A stretch of DNA of 51,134 bases from a virus (Duplodnaviria; Caudoviricetes). Under the pieces are notes generated by a model. It searched no databases. It was not told where the DNA came from and worked only from the letters and a program-made list of their open reading frames with translations. The stretch covers positions 1 through 51,134 of IMG/VR virus record IMGVR_UViG_3300037247_000500; one strand, 5' to 3'. Below are positions 7,799-16,776 of this stretch, in pieces (the stretch's first letter is position 1; every line of letters begins with the position of its first letter). The position numbers and the translations under genes were made by a program.

Positions 7799-7842
7799 AG
7801 CCGAGCAGGAAACTAGTACGAGTTCAATTCTCGTACTCGGCT
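7799..7842 (+). ncRNA. tRNA-like minihelix (acceptor stem plus T arm; no D or anticodon arm)
   Basis: AGCCGAG/CTCGGCT 7-bp stem; TACGAG-TTCAATT-CTCGTA T arm; 11-nt linker. Confidence 0.5.
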
Positions 7843-7844
7843 TT

Positions 7845-8156
7845 ATGAAAACAATAAAACTATCGAACAGTGAACAGATAGCAGTTGTTGACGATATTGA
7901 CTATGAACTTGTTAGTGGGTTTACATGGTATTTGAAATCTAACGGACACGGCACGTTCTACGTTTGCACATCTAAACGAACTGAATATGGTATTCGGACG
8001 ATACGTTTGCATCGGTTAATTATGAATCCGAAAAAAAATGAAGATATACATCATAAGAATTACAATCCACTGGATAACATCCGGTCGAATCTAGAACGAT
8101 TTGACCATAAATATCATGGGTATGAATTTAAGGGGGATGAAAATGTTAGAATGTAA
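7845..8156 (+). CDS. HNH endonuclease (HNH_3 type) lacking the usual C-terminal AP2
   Basis: AVVDDIDY...LHRLIMN...IHHKNYNPLDNIRSNLE. Confidence 0.88.
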   Translation: MKTIKLSNSEQIAVVDDIDYELVSGFTWYLKSNGHGTFYVCTSKRTEYGIRTIRLHRLIMNPKKNEDIHHKNYNPLDNIRSNLERFDHKYHGYEFKGDENVRM

Positions 8157-8319
8157 TTTTAGAGATTGCGGAAACAAAATAGAATTTGTTCAAGAAGTAA
8201 TCACATCTTTTAGCTGTAATGCTAAAAAAGAACGTGAAGAAAAGAAAGAAGAATCGACCCGATATTTTTGTGCTATTTGTGGAGCAGAAGTATGGGATGA
8301 CGCGGAGGATATGACATGA
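8143..8319 (+). CDS. Small Zn-ribbon protein
   Basis: CxxxxCGN...CAICG; AAGGGGGA SD. Confidence 0.65.
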   Translation: MLECNFRDCGNKIEFVQEVITSFSCNAKKEREEKKEESTRYFCAICGAEVWDDAEDMT

Positions 8320-8510
8320 AATTAAAAACCGGCGATAAAGTAAAAGTTATACAATGTATTGATAAAAGCAATCCTATTGAAAAGCAATTTATGAATAAAA
8401 CAGGTGAAATTATATTAATGAACGAACCTAATAATCCAGATATCCGTGTAAAATTTGACGGTGGCCTTGTCGAAGCGTTTTGGTTGGAGGAATTGGAGAA
8501 AATAAAATGA
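8316..8510 (+). CDS. Small KOW/SH3-like hypothetical protein
   Basis: LKTGDKVKV...TGEI...VKFD...FWLEELE. Confidence 0.7.
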   Translation: MKLKTGDKVKVIQCIDKSNPIEKQFMNKTGEIILMNEPNNPDIRVKFDGGLVEAFWLEELEKIK

Positions 8511-9082
8511 CAGACCCAAAAAACTGGTATCGTAATTGCGGCGATGCTATACGCAAAGAATTCGGCTCGGACGCTGACCTGTTCATTGATATACTGGCGG
8601 CAACGTCTCCGCGTAAACAGGTATCGGCTAATTGGCGATTAGCGATGCGGATATATCATATTTGGAAAATAGGTCATGGTTGGGCAAAACTGGCTTATGA
8701 CACAGAATATGATGCGAACCTTATGACCGGAACGCTGCCTGCACACCGGAAAAACATTATTAGAGCTTTATGGCGTGAGTCACTATCTGGCAATAAAGTG
8801 CGGGCTTTCGCGGCGAATCTTAAGGGTGATTTAGATGCCGTGACTATTGACGTTTGGATGCAGCGATATTATGGATGTGAGGGGACACTAACAGACAAGA
8901 AGTATAACGAGCTTGCCGACCGAATTCGACAAGATTCAGTAGCTAATGGATTAGAACCAGCAGAATATCAAGCAATAATCTGGTGTAAAGCAATAGAAGC
9001 GGCGGGACGAAAACCTAAGAGTTTTTTGACCGTGCCCAATAAGGGTCAACAGTATTTTGAGTTTTATTTTCAAGGGGATTAA
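8507..9082 (+). CDS. DUF7178-like protein (putative HhH/glycosylase-like fold)
   Basis: WY...LAATSPR...N...GNKVRAFAANL...VTIDVWM...PAEYQAIIW. Family recognised from motif memory. Confidence 0.65.
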   Translation: MTDPKNWYRNCGDAIRKEFGSDADLFIDILAATSPRKQVSANWRLAMRIYHIWKIGHGWAKLAYDTEYDANLMTGTLPAHRKNIIRALWRESLSGNKVRAFAANLKGDLDAVTIDVWMQRYYGCEGTLTDKKYNELADRIRQDSVANGLEPAEYQAIIWCKAIEAAGRKPKSFLTVPNKGQQYFEFYFQGD

Positions 9083-9085
9083 AAG

Positions 9086-9175
9086 ATGAATGAATTTACA
9101 AAAGGATTGTTAGTCGGATGGTTCATGGGAATAGGAACTGCTTTTGGAATAGTAGTTATTTTAGTACATTTGTAG
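9086..9175 (+). CDS. 29-aa membrane micropeptide
   Basis: AAGGGGA SD; MNEFTKGLLVGWFMGIGTAFGIVVILVHL. Confidence 0.6.
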   Translation: MNEFTKGLLVGWFMGIGTAFGIVVILVHL

Positions 9176-9185
9176 AGCTTAAAAT

Positions 9186-9596
9186 ATGACCCATTATCGC
9201 GGCGTTAGTATAACACACGGACACTATCAGGCCCAGGTACGGGTACAGGGACGACTCGTATACCTGGGTCTGTTTCGTAGTCCTGGGCTTGCCGCAGCAG
9301 CTTACGACTTGGCAGCGACAGAATATCATGGTACGAAAGCAAAGCTAAACTTCACGGACAGGCAGATAACAATACGACAGGAGCAGATTTATCGTTTGTG
9401 TAGTCCTGATCACCATAATTTGACTTATAAAAATGCAGGGAAACTATTGGGTATTTCAGACAGTACAATCTGTCGAGAATTGAAGAAAATAAAGAAGAAA
9501 TGTCCAGGTTTATTTCCGTTGTATGTGCCACGTAGGGGCCGCCAATCTGTTCATTATCGGCCCTGGCAGGATTTTATGATTGCAGAGAAGTTTTGA
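9186..9596 (+). CDS. AP2 domain fused to a helix-turn-helix (putative transcription regulator)
   Basis: YRGVS...YQAQVRV...YLGLF...AAAAYDLAA...AKLNF, then TIRQEQIY...LTYKNAGKLLGISDSTICRELKK. Confidence 0.85.
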   Translation: MTHYRGVSITHGHYQAQVRVQGRLVYLGLFRSPGLAAAAYDLAATEYHGTKAKLNFTDRQITIRQEQIYRLCSPDHHNLTYKNAGKLLGISDSTICRELKKIKKKCPGLFPLYVPRRGRQSVHYRPWQDFMIAEKF

Positions 9597-9597
9597 C

Positions 9598-9626
9598 TTG
9601 ACTTTATAGTTTGGGTGTGGTATACT
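9598..9626 (+). promoter_or_regulatory. Sigma70 promoter
   Basis: TTGACT, 17-nt spacer, TATACT, extended -10 TG. Confidence 0.8.
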
Positions 9627-9663
9627 GGATAATAGAAATGATAACAATATTAAGGGGAATGAA

Positions 9664-9804
9664 ATGGAATATCACATATTAAATGATAACGGCGACAAGA
9701 TAGCTTCTTTTATGAACGCGTATGATAGAAATATGTGTCTGGATGCTTTTGAAGAAACATTTCCTGATTGCAAGTTTATCATAGAGGGGGAGGACGAGGA
9801 ATAA
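9664..9804 (+). CDS. 46-aa acidic hypothetical protein
   Basis: AAGGGGA SD; MEYHILNDNGDKIASF...EGEDEE. Confidence 0.65.
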   Translation: MEYHILNDNGDKIASFMNAYDRNMCLDAFEETFPDCKFIIEGEDEE

Positions 9805-9805
9805 A

Positions 9806-10357
9806 ATGATCGAAATTATATTGAGCACTTACAATCCTGAACGCGGGTGGTACATAAGACGTAAAGTTGGAGACCCTAAATGGGCTGAGTTTCTTCACAA
9901 AGACTTTACATGGTACGGCATTACAGGTTGGACTGGTGATTGCGAGTATACAGGTAGTGCACCAGGCTATTACCCGACACAAGCAATAGCACAAGCATAT
10001 TTGGATGAGTATTTAAGCAGAAACCAAATTAAAGGGGAACAGAAAATGAATAAATATGGTAAGAACAGGGTGTTTGAATTATCAAATGGTGTAGAAATTT
10101 CAGAAGATACAGTAATAAACGCATTGAAAAAAGCTGGTATTAGCGTGGAACCGCCGAAGCCATATTATGTTTTTAAAGCTGGTGATGTAGCCTATTATGG
10201 AAGTGACAGAGTATCTTCTAATTGGAGATTTATAGTAAAAATTAAAGATGATTTATATGGTATTAATCAATGCGGGGTATCCTGTTCTATAGGACAAAGT
10301 GACTTTGAAGAATGTAATTACAGATATGCTGGCAGACTAGCAAATCTATTAAAATAA
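9806..10357 (+). CDS. Hypothetical protein, probably two fused or nested ORFs
   Basis: Internal AAGGGGA SD with an in-frame ATG at 10046. Confidence 0.65.
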   Translation: MIEIILSTYNPERGWYIRRKVGDPKWAEFLHKDFTWYGITGWTGDCEYTGSAPGYYPTQAIAQAYLDEYLSRNQIKGEQKMNKYGKNRVFELSNGVEISEDTVINALKKAGISVEPPKPYYVFKAGDVAYYGSDRVSSNWRFIVKIKDDLYGINQCGVSCSIGQSDFEECNYRYAGRLANLLK

Positions 10358-10374
10358 ATCCCCCTTTTATAACC

Positions 10375-10396
10375 GAAGGGCGAAGGATCGCCCTTT
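10375..10396 (+). terminator. Hairpin, weak intrinsic terminator
   Basis: AAGGGCGA-AGGA-TCGCCCTT followed by TCTAATTTT. Confidence 0.55.
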
Positions 10397-10407
10397 CTAA
10401 TTTTACT

Positions 10408-10695
10408 ATGACTAAATCAAAAGAACAAATACATGTCAAATGTGACTATTGCGGTGAGATGTTCACTACTCCGCGTGAGCATTTAGATGTGCCAGTACAC
10501 GTGACCGCGATTACATCGCAGTTTAATATTTCATTGGAATTCCCGCACCCTGAATTAAGAGGTGTGAGCTGTCATTATTGTGTTGGAGCAAACAAGGGTG
10601 ATTATTGCATGAAATGCTGCATATTGTTCTTGGAAAACGGACTAATAAAATTATCAGAACAAGTGAATAATGGTGAGATTAAGCTTGACTTATGA
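10408..10695 (+). CDS. Cys-rich hypothetical protein
   Basis: CDYCG...CHYC...DYCMKC. Confidence 0.65.
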   Translation: MTKSKEQIHVKCDYCGEMFTTPREHLDVPVHVTAITSQFNISLEFPHPELRGVSCHYCVGANKGDYCMKCCILFLENGLIKLSEQVNNGEIKLDL

Positions 10696-10713
10696 TGTGG
10701 AATATGGTATACT
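10685..10713 (+). promoter_or_regulatory. Sigma70 promoter
   Basis: TTGACT, 17-nt spacer, TATACT. Shares TGGAATATGGTATAnTAGA with the - arm promoter. Confidence 0.8.
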
Positions 10714-10720
10714 AGATAGT

Positions 10721-10798
10721 ATGAATGATATACTTTGGATTTTGATAATTTTGTTCCTTGTAGTATTAGCGATGTGGTTTGGTGCTGATTGGAGATAA
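10721..10798 (+). CDS. 25-aa membrane micropeptide, probably leaderless
   Basis: MNDILWILIILFLVVLAMWFGADWR. The ATG is 7 nt after the -10 box. Confidence 0.55.
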   Translation: MNDILWILIILFLVVLAMWFGADWR

Positions 10799-10799
10799 A

Positions 10800-11147
10800 A
10801 TGAAAAAACTAAACTTAGAAGATACCTGGAAATACTGTATGCGAATGTGGCGATGGATCGCTGATCGAATCGGGGCGGGGGATAAACGCACGATAGTTGA
10901 TCTTAAAGACGCGTGGATAGAAAAACACAATGTTGAGTATTTAGTAAATAATTGTTTTTTCTGTCAATATAATTTTCGTCCAATTATTAGAGATAATTGT
11001 GATAATTGTGATAATTGTCCCGCAAGAAAGATTAATAAAGGTTTTCATTGTGGAAATGTTGGTTATGCGTGGCACTCTAAACCAATCAAATTCTACAACC
11101 AATTACGAAAATTAAACAAACTACGCAAACTTGGAAGGAAACTGTGA
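10800..11147 (+). CDS. Cys-rich phage hypothetical protein
   Basis: MWRWIA...CFFC...CDNCP...C. Contains a 3x GATAATTGT tandem repeat at 10992-11018. Confidence 0.75.
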   Translation: MKKLNLEDTWKYCMRMWRWIADRIGAGDKRTIVDLKDAWIEKHNVEYLVNNCFFCQYNFRPIIRDNCDNCDNCPARKINKGFHCGNVGYAWHSKPIKFYNQLRKLNKLRKLGRKL

Positions 11148-11362
11148 GCGACTGGCAATACGATGAACATGGAATATATCGCTGCGTAAAATGCAATGTA
11201 CCGTTCAGTTCCGGACACAGTGTGCGTGAGCATCCAACTGAAGCAGATCGCCAGCCGTTGAAGTCTCGAAAAGAGAATGGTGAGAAGCTGGAGACTGGAA
11301 TGAAGATGATACATGCTAGTGAAAAAAATGATCCGCCGGAGCTTGGGAATTTATTGAGGTAA
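11144..11362 (+). CDS. Hypothetical protein (CxxC)
   Basis: GTGA overlap with the upstream gene. Confidence 0.55.
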   Translation: MSDWQYDEHGIYRCVKCNVPFSSGHSVREHPTEADRQPLKSRKENGEKLETGMKMIHASEKNDPPELGNLLR

Positions 11363-11902
11363 GTGAATATGGCTAGATGTGTTGATTGTGAGATATACAA
11401 TAAAGTTAAACATACATGTCAAGGTTTTAATGTTGAAAATCCAATAAAAGATTCTTCTTGTGTTCTCTTTGAACCAAAACTAAAAGACACTACTCAAACG
11501 AGAAGGTTTTCAAGTATGCATGATAGCGGGAAACATAAAAAAACTATACCAGTAAGCCATGAAGATTATATGAAACTTGCAGATGCCTATGATAAACATT
11601 CACGAACATTAATGACATCAAAAGGAGAAGAATACTCCATAGACAATGATTTTCTTGCGATGGAAAATAGACTTGCGGGGATGCTCGGCGATACACCAGA
11701 ATATGTAAGTTTAGTAATGGCAGGAAAACATATAACAGCGTTAGGAATAATTTTAGAAAAAAACGATGTTACTAAAATTAAATTAGAGAAATTGGATGAG
11801 CGAATTCGTGATGCAACAAACTTACTTAAAATTACAAGTGCTTTTATTCATGCAAAACAAAATGATTTTTCACTACATTTAGGTAAGTCAGAGAATAAAT
11901 GA
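11363..11902 (+). CDS. All-alpha NTP-pyrophosphatase-like / nucleotide-modification-associated (DUF1599-like) protein
   Basis: SKGEEYS..D...KHI...ERIRDATNLL pattern, with a Cys-rich N-terminus. Confidence 0.6.
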   Translation: MNMARCVDCEIYNKVKHTCQGFNVENPIKDSSCVLFEPKLKDTTQTRRFSSMHDSGKHKKTIPVSHEDYMKLADAYDKHSRTLMTSKGEEYSIDNDFLAMENRLAGMLGDTPEYVSLVMAGKHITALGIILEKNDVTKIKLEKLDERIRDATNLLKITSAFIHAKQNDFSLHLGKSENK

Positions 11903-12048
11903 GAATTTTCTTAATCATAGGATTGATTTTAGTATATATTATGCTTGGAATTGTTGATCTTAAAAACCAGAGCATAGCAACGGGCATGTCAGCATTTTTA
12001 TTAGCGATAGTAAATGGTTTGCTGTTTTTTGTAGGTGGGAAAACATGA
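11899..12048 (+). CDS. 49-aa two-TM membrane protein
   Basis: MRIFLIIGLILVYIMLGIVDLKNQSIATGMSAFLLAIVNGLLFFVGGKT; ATGA overlaps at both ends. Confidence 0.7.
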   Translation: MRIFLIIGLILVYIMLGIVDLKNQSIATGMSAFLLAIVNGLLFFVGGKT

Positions 12049-12575
12049 TAAATACGGTGTTTCTTGATATGGATGGAGTGATTACAGATTTCAATAAATC
12101 TGTTTGTGAACAATTTAATTTGCCTTATCCTCCCCAAGTTTATTATTTTTTTCCAGAAATCCGACCTCAAGTTAATGCTTTTTGTGATAGGTTGTTCTGG
12201 CAAAACCTTGAGTGGATGCATGATGGTCGGGATATATTACGAGCGATTACGGAGTTATTTGAACCTGAGAAAGTATATCTTCTTACTAAAATAATGCCGA
12301 ATGTTGAATCTGCGTCGGGTAAAATGATATGGATACAGAATAATTTGCCTGTTTATTTTTCTCGTGTGATTATTACATCACTTGGGGTTCCGAAATCTTT
12401 TATGGCCCGCCCAGACGTTTTGTTAATTGATGATAATGATAAATTTGTAAATGAATTTCGAGAAGTGGGGGGGAAAGCAATTCTTGTCCCTCGTCCTTGG
12501 AATACTTCATGTTCATTAGCTGACAAAACAGTTTTAGAAATTACTAAGCAACTTAGGAAGATAAATGCCAGATAA
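12045..12575 (+). CDS. HAD-family 5'(3')-deoxyribonucleotidase
   Basis: FLDMDGVITDF...FWQNL...GKMIW...LLIDD...PRPWN. Confidence 0.9.
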   Translation: MINTVFLDMDGVITDFNKSVCEQFNLPYPPQVYYFFPEIRPQVNAFCDRLFWQNLEWMHDGRDILRAITELFEPEKVYLLTKIMPNVESASGKMIWIQNNLPVYFSRVIITSLGVPKSFMARPDVLLIDDNDKFVNEFREVGGKAILVPRPWNTSCSLADKTVLEITKQLRKINAR

Positions 12576-13470
12576 AGAAACTATTCATCAGGTATGCGTT
12601 GGTCTACGAAATGGCCTGGTTCATAGGGACATAGCTAAAAAGGTTAATTGTTCTATACACATTGTACAAAGAATATCTGCTATCAGACCAACTCGTGCAT
12701 TATTACCAGCCGATTTTCATAGCGGCAGCAATGTTGGACTCACTCCACCGGCATACCAATATAAGTATATTTCTAATCCAACATCAGAGGAACATCGCAG
12801 ACAGAATAAGTGGTCTAGATTACAAAAAGAATGTTGGAACTGGTATATTAACACATTAAATATATTAAAGCCTATTGACAAAGCATTTCTTCTTGGTGAT
12901 TTAGTTGAGGGCGATGGTAGCCGATCTGGTGGAACCGAGCTTATAACTACTGATAGAAAAAAACAAGTAAGCATGGCTATTGAAGTTATTGAAGCTATTG
13001 AAGCTGAGGGCATGGTGATGGTATTTGGCACGCCATACCATACCGGCCAAGCTGAAGATTTTGAAGATGATATAGCTAAACATTTCGGAATTAAGATCGG
13101 TGGTCATGAATGGGAAAATATTAATGGCTGTACTTTTGATCTTAAACATAAGCAAAGTAACTGCAAGAATCCAGCTACGAGTATCTGGAATGAAATAGTA
13201 GATAATAGAGAGTGGGCTGTACTCGGAGAACAACCTAAAGCTGACGTTCTTGTACGTGCTCATAGTCACCGTTTTTGTTGCATTAAAATTGAAGGTTGTG
13301 TTGGGATTTCTGTCCCTGCTTTACAGGCTTATGGTACTAAGTTTGGGGCTAGGGCGTGTTCACGTAAGGTCCAGTTTGGGTTAGTGGCAGTTGATGTATG
13401 GCCTGATGGTGAGATCGTAGAGCGTATTCATATAGCTAAACTTGCAGAACATATTACGCATGAGAATTAA
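12565..13470 (+). CDS. Calcineurin-like metallophosphoesterase with N-terminal HTH
   Basis: DFHSG, GDLVEG, GTPYH, AHSH motifs; N-terminal HRDIAKKVNCSIHIVQRI. Confidence 0.85.
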   Translation: MPDKETIHQVCVGLRNGLVHRDIAKKVNCSIHIVQRISAIRPTRALLPADFHSGSNVGLTPPAYQYKYISNPTSEEHRRQNKWSRLQKECWNWYINTLNILKPIDKAFLLGDLVEGDGSRSGGTELITTDRKKQVSMAIEVIEAIEAEGMVMVFGTPYHTGQAEDFEDDIAKHFGIKIGGHEWENINGCTFDLKHKQSNCKNPATSIWNEIVDNREWAVLGEQPKADVLVRAHSHRFCCIKIEGCVGISVPALQAYGTKFGARACSRKVQFGLVAVDVWPDGEIVERIHIAKLAEHITHEN

Positions 13471-13472
13471 GA

Positions 13473-13637
13473 ATGAGACATAACCCCTGTCCAAAACAAG
13501 TGTCACAGCAAGAGGAACAACTTCGTTGGTTACTTTATCAAAAGAAAATAACATTCGCACAATATGAAATAAAGCGTAAGAAGTTAATAGAACAGAATCT
13601 TTGGGGTCAAAGAAAGTCAAGGTCTAAATCAAAATGA
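13473..13637 (+). CDS. 54-aa basic hypothetical protein
   Basis: Manual translation; ATGA overlap with the next gene. Confidence 0.55.
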   Translation: MRHNPCPKQVSQQEEQLRWLLYQKKITFAQYEIKRKKLIEQNLWGQRKSRSKSK

Positions 13638-13774
13638 TAACCGTTAGGCAGCTAATTGCAGAACTAGAAGAAAGAGATTTAGAAATGCCTGTTGAAGTGG
13701 CGGGTGGTGAGATTGTGGATATTGAATATACAGATAATGGCAAGTTACGATTGATTGGCGAGGATGAAGTATGA
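13634..13774 (+). CDS. 46-aa hypothetical protein (TVxxLIxxL type)
   Basis: MITVRQLIAELEERDLEMPVEV...; ATGA overlaps at both ends. Confidence 0.65.
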   Translation: MITVRQLIAELEERDLEMPVEVAGGEIVDIEYTDNGKLRLIGEDEV

Positions 13775-14376
13775 AAGTTGAAGAAGTTTTTAAAAATGAA
13801 CTAGCAATGATAAAAGATCAAGATATAAAAGATTTTGTAATCGAGTGTTTTAAGCTTTTATGTCCCGATTATTTTTGGACTGTTCCATGTAGCACATCGG
13901 GAAAATATCATCCGCAAATTTCTTTAGGTGAGGGTGGTCTAATACGGCATGTTAAGCTTGCTGTATGGTGGGGGCTGGAATTAATGAAAGCTATGTCAGC
14001 CAATGCTGGTTTAAAAAATATTCCTACGTTGCAAGATGAAATTATCGCTACACTTTTACTGCATGATATAATTAAAAATGGTGAGGGTCTTGGAGCAGAT
14101 GGTCGTCCTCTTGATCGCAGTGTAACAGGCACTCATGGAGTAATATTAGCAGAAAAAATACAAACTATTAATATTTATTTAGATAATGATGATGTTTTTT
14201 ATAGAATACTTACTGGAATAGCATTGCATATGGGTATTTGGACTACTAAAATTTATAGTACAATAGACTGTACTGGTTTAGATCCTTTTGTAGATTTAAT
14301 TCATCTAGCTGATTATTGTGCAAGCAGAAAAGTTGATGAAATGTTTTCAGTATTAGAATCGGAGAAAATAGAATGA
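13771..14376 (+). CDS. HD-domain phosphohydrolase/nuclease
   Basis: STSGKYHP...GGLIRH...LLHDIIK...H...HMG.W...HLADY. Confidence 0.88.
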   Translation: MKVEEVFKNELAMIKDQDIKDFVIECFKLLCPDYFWTVPCSTSGKYHPQISLGEGGLIRHVKLAVWWGLELMKAMSANAGLKNIPTLQDEIIATLLLHDIIKNGEGLGADGRPLDRSVTGTHGVILAEKIQTINIYLDNDDVFYRILTGIALHMGIWTTKIYSTIDCTGLDPFVDLIHLADYCASRKVDEMFSVLESEKIE

Positions 14377-14774
14377 CCTTGACAGATGAAATCAAAATCA
14401 AAAAACGCAAGAAGTATCAAAAACGAGTGTTTTTTTTATTACGATCACTCTACCCTGTTTTCTTGGGATCAGCATTAAATATTCAAATGGTTGATCAATA
14501 TCAAAAGATATATCGTCCATTAACTGATCATGCTGACGGTGATCGCTTGCCATTCAAGAGCAAAGGCAAATTAGCTATTAAAAAGAAAAGGTCGCATTGT
14601 TTGTTTGCAATGTTGAATAATGTCATTGTGAACTTCTGGAGTTTTTGTGAAGATCAAGAAAATGAGGTCGACCTATTATCAGCATTGATAGAGACTGAAG
14701 ATATAGTGACAACTGGTTTGGAAAGTTATCGAGTGACTGGTACAACAGCAGAGGGGTTTTATCTTGTCAAATAA
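14373..14774 (+). CDS. Hypothetical protein
   Basis: ORF coupled between the HD gene and polA. Confidence 0.65.
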   Translation: MTLTDEIKIKKRKKYQKRVFFLLRSLYPVFLGSALNIQMVDQYQKIYRPLTDHADGDRLPFKSKGKLAIKKKRSHCLFAMLNNVIVNFWSFCEDQENEVDLLSALIETEDIVTTGLESYRVTGTTAEGFYLVK

Positions 14775-16776
14775 TTGGCAAACCATATTACGAGATGTAG
14801 GCTACCCAACAGTAGCAGTCACGCTGGACTTCGAGACTTACTACGACAAGGATTATGGTTTAAAAGACTTGTCCATTGTAGAGTATGTCTGCGATTCGTG
14901 TTTCGAGTTTACTGGATTAGGTATATTTGTTAGTAGTCAGCCGTTTGATAATGAAGAAAATTGTAGATTTTGGGAACCAGAGCATATTGATCAACATATC
15001 AAGTGGCTCCAAAAGGAATATGGCAAAAACCTAGAACGCTGCACACTCGTTGGTCAAAATCTCATGTTCGATGCGTTAATCCTAACTGAGAAGTTCGGGA
15101 TTGTACCGAAGTATACGATAGACACGCTGAACCTAGCCAGGCATGAAGATAGCAAACGCAGAAACGGTCTTAAATATCTTTGTGAGTATTATGATATAGG
15201 AGTGAAAAAAGGTGACACTAGCCAATTCAAAGGATTACACTGGGAAGATGCCAGCCCCACACAACAAAAGAACTGGGCCAATTACTGTTGCGGAGATATT
15301 ATTGCCGAAACTAGATTGTTTCGTCTTTTACTTCCGTTACTTACCAACCCGATACTTGAAATTCCTTTACAACAACATACCCTGGAGCTTTACCTGCGGC
15401 CCCGTTTAGATTTTGATTTTGATTTAGCTGAAAATCTTGAAAAAGAAATGGAAGAAAAACTTGATTTGCTTCTTAGACCTGCTGGTTGGGTGTGGAAATA
15501 TCGAGATAAGAAACACAAACGTATTATAGAGGTAATCCGATCAGCTAAATTCGTAAAAGCTCTGGCTGATACACTTCCCGAAGGTGAGTATGTCCCGATG
15601 AAACCAGGAAAAAAGGGTAATATCCCGGCACTTGCAAAAGATGATGTGGAACTTCAGTACCTATTGGAACACCCGGAGCAAAAAGTACGAGAACTCGTAG
15701 CAGCACGAGTAGCAGCTAGGTCATGGCCTACATGGATCAAGCGATTACAATCTATGACTAATCAAGCCAGACTTCGGGGTGGTTTACTTGGAATTCCGCT
15801 GAATTACTACGGAGCACACACAGGAAGATGGAGTGGTACACAAAATATAAATCCACAGAATCTACCCGGACGCGGCAGAGCAGGAGAAGGTACGCACCCG
15901 TTACTTCAGAAAATGCGGAATTGTATAATTGCACCTGAAGAACATATCCTAGGTATTATTGACTTAGCACAAGTTGAAGCACGCGATTTGGCGGTGTTCG
16001 CTGGTCAAGAAGATCTTATTGAGGGGTTTAGAAATGGCGAAGATGTTTATAGTGAGTTTGCTACTACTTTATTTCGTTCTCCAGTTCGTAAAGCTCGCAA
16101 AAGTGATCCGAATGAAATACAGATTGTCCTTAAAATCAGACGAGGATTTGGAAAAGATGCTATCCTTGGATGCGGATACGGCATGGGATCTAGAAAGTTT
16201 TATGCTCGTTGTTTGGCGAACAATGATCTTAAACCGTCTTTTGATTCTGGTGATTTTGATTATACTTTTATTGATGGGCTAATTAAAACCTATCGAAGTA
16301 AGTTTTCTAAGATCCCTGAATTTTGGATCCAAGTAGAGAAAGCATTTCGATGGGTGATAAAGTATTCACACGAGAAAATGGAAGTAAGTGGTTTGGAACT
16401 TTATAATGACAATGGCACGGTAAATATCGTGCTACCATCAGGCCGTCACTTGAAGTACCCGCAGTCTAGAATTGTGAAGGATCAGTACAATGGTAGTATT
16501 AAATATCAATGGGGACACCTGTGGGGTGGTAGCATCACGGAAAATATTGTTCAGTCGAATTGCCGTGACATTTTTGCAGAAGGAATCCTTGCAGTTGAAA
16601 AAGCAGGATATTCAGTTGTAATGCACTCACATGATGAGATTATTTGCTTGTTCAAAAGGAAAACTGCTGAAAAAGATTTACAGAAAGTTATAAAAATAAT
16701 GTGTTGTAACCCTAGCTGGCGTAAGGAGTTACCATTAGCTGCGGAGGGTGGGCTTAGTGCTCATTATAAGAAATGA
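14764..16776 (+). CDS. polA: Family A DNA polymerase with 3'-5' exonuclease (Leu762 type)
   Basis: Exo motifs DFET, NLMFD, YCCGD; TGRWSG; motif A DLAQVEAR; motif B RGFGKDAILGCGYG; motif C HDE. Confidence 0.96.
   Translation: MSNNWQTILRDVGYPTVAVTLDFETYYDKDYGLKDLSIVEYVCDSCFEFTGLGIFVSSQPFDNEENCRFWEPEHIDQHIKWLQKEYGKNLERCTLVGQNLMFDALILTEKFGIVPKYTIDTLNLARHEDSKRRNGLKYLCEYYDIGVKKGDTSQFKGLHWEDASPTQQKNWANYCCGDIIAETRLFRLLLPLLTNPILEIPLQQHTLELYLRPRLDFDFDLAENLEKEMEEKLDLLLRPAGWVWKYRDKKHKRIIEVIRSAKFVKALADTLPEGEYVPMKPGKKGNIPALAKDDVELQYLLEHPEQKVRELVAARVAARSWPTWIKRLQSMTNQARLRGGLLGIPLNYYGAHTGRWSGTQNINPQNLPGRGRAGEGTHPLLQKMRNCIIAPEEHILGIIDLAQVEARDLAVFAGQEDLIEGFRNGEDVYSEFATTLFRSPVRKARKSDPNEIQIVLKIRRGFGKDAILGCGYGMGSRKFYARCLANNDLKPSFDSGDFDYTFIDGLIKTYRSKFSKIPEFWIQVEKAFRWVIKYSHEKMEVSGLELYNDNGTVNIVLPSGRHLKYPQSRIVKDQYNGSIKYQWGHLWGGSITENIVQSNCRDIFAEGILAVEKAGYSVVMHSHDEIICLFKRKTAEKDLQKVIKIMCCNPSWRKELPLAAEGGLSAHYKK

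Noticed and set aside
7799-7842. Functional tRNA gene or attP
   Set aside because: No anticodon arm, D arm or CCA, and no integrase in the genome.
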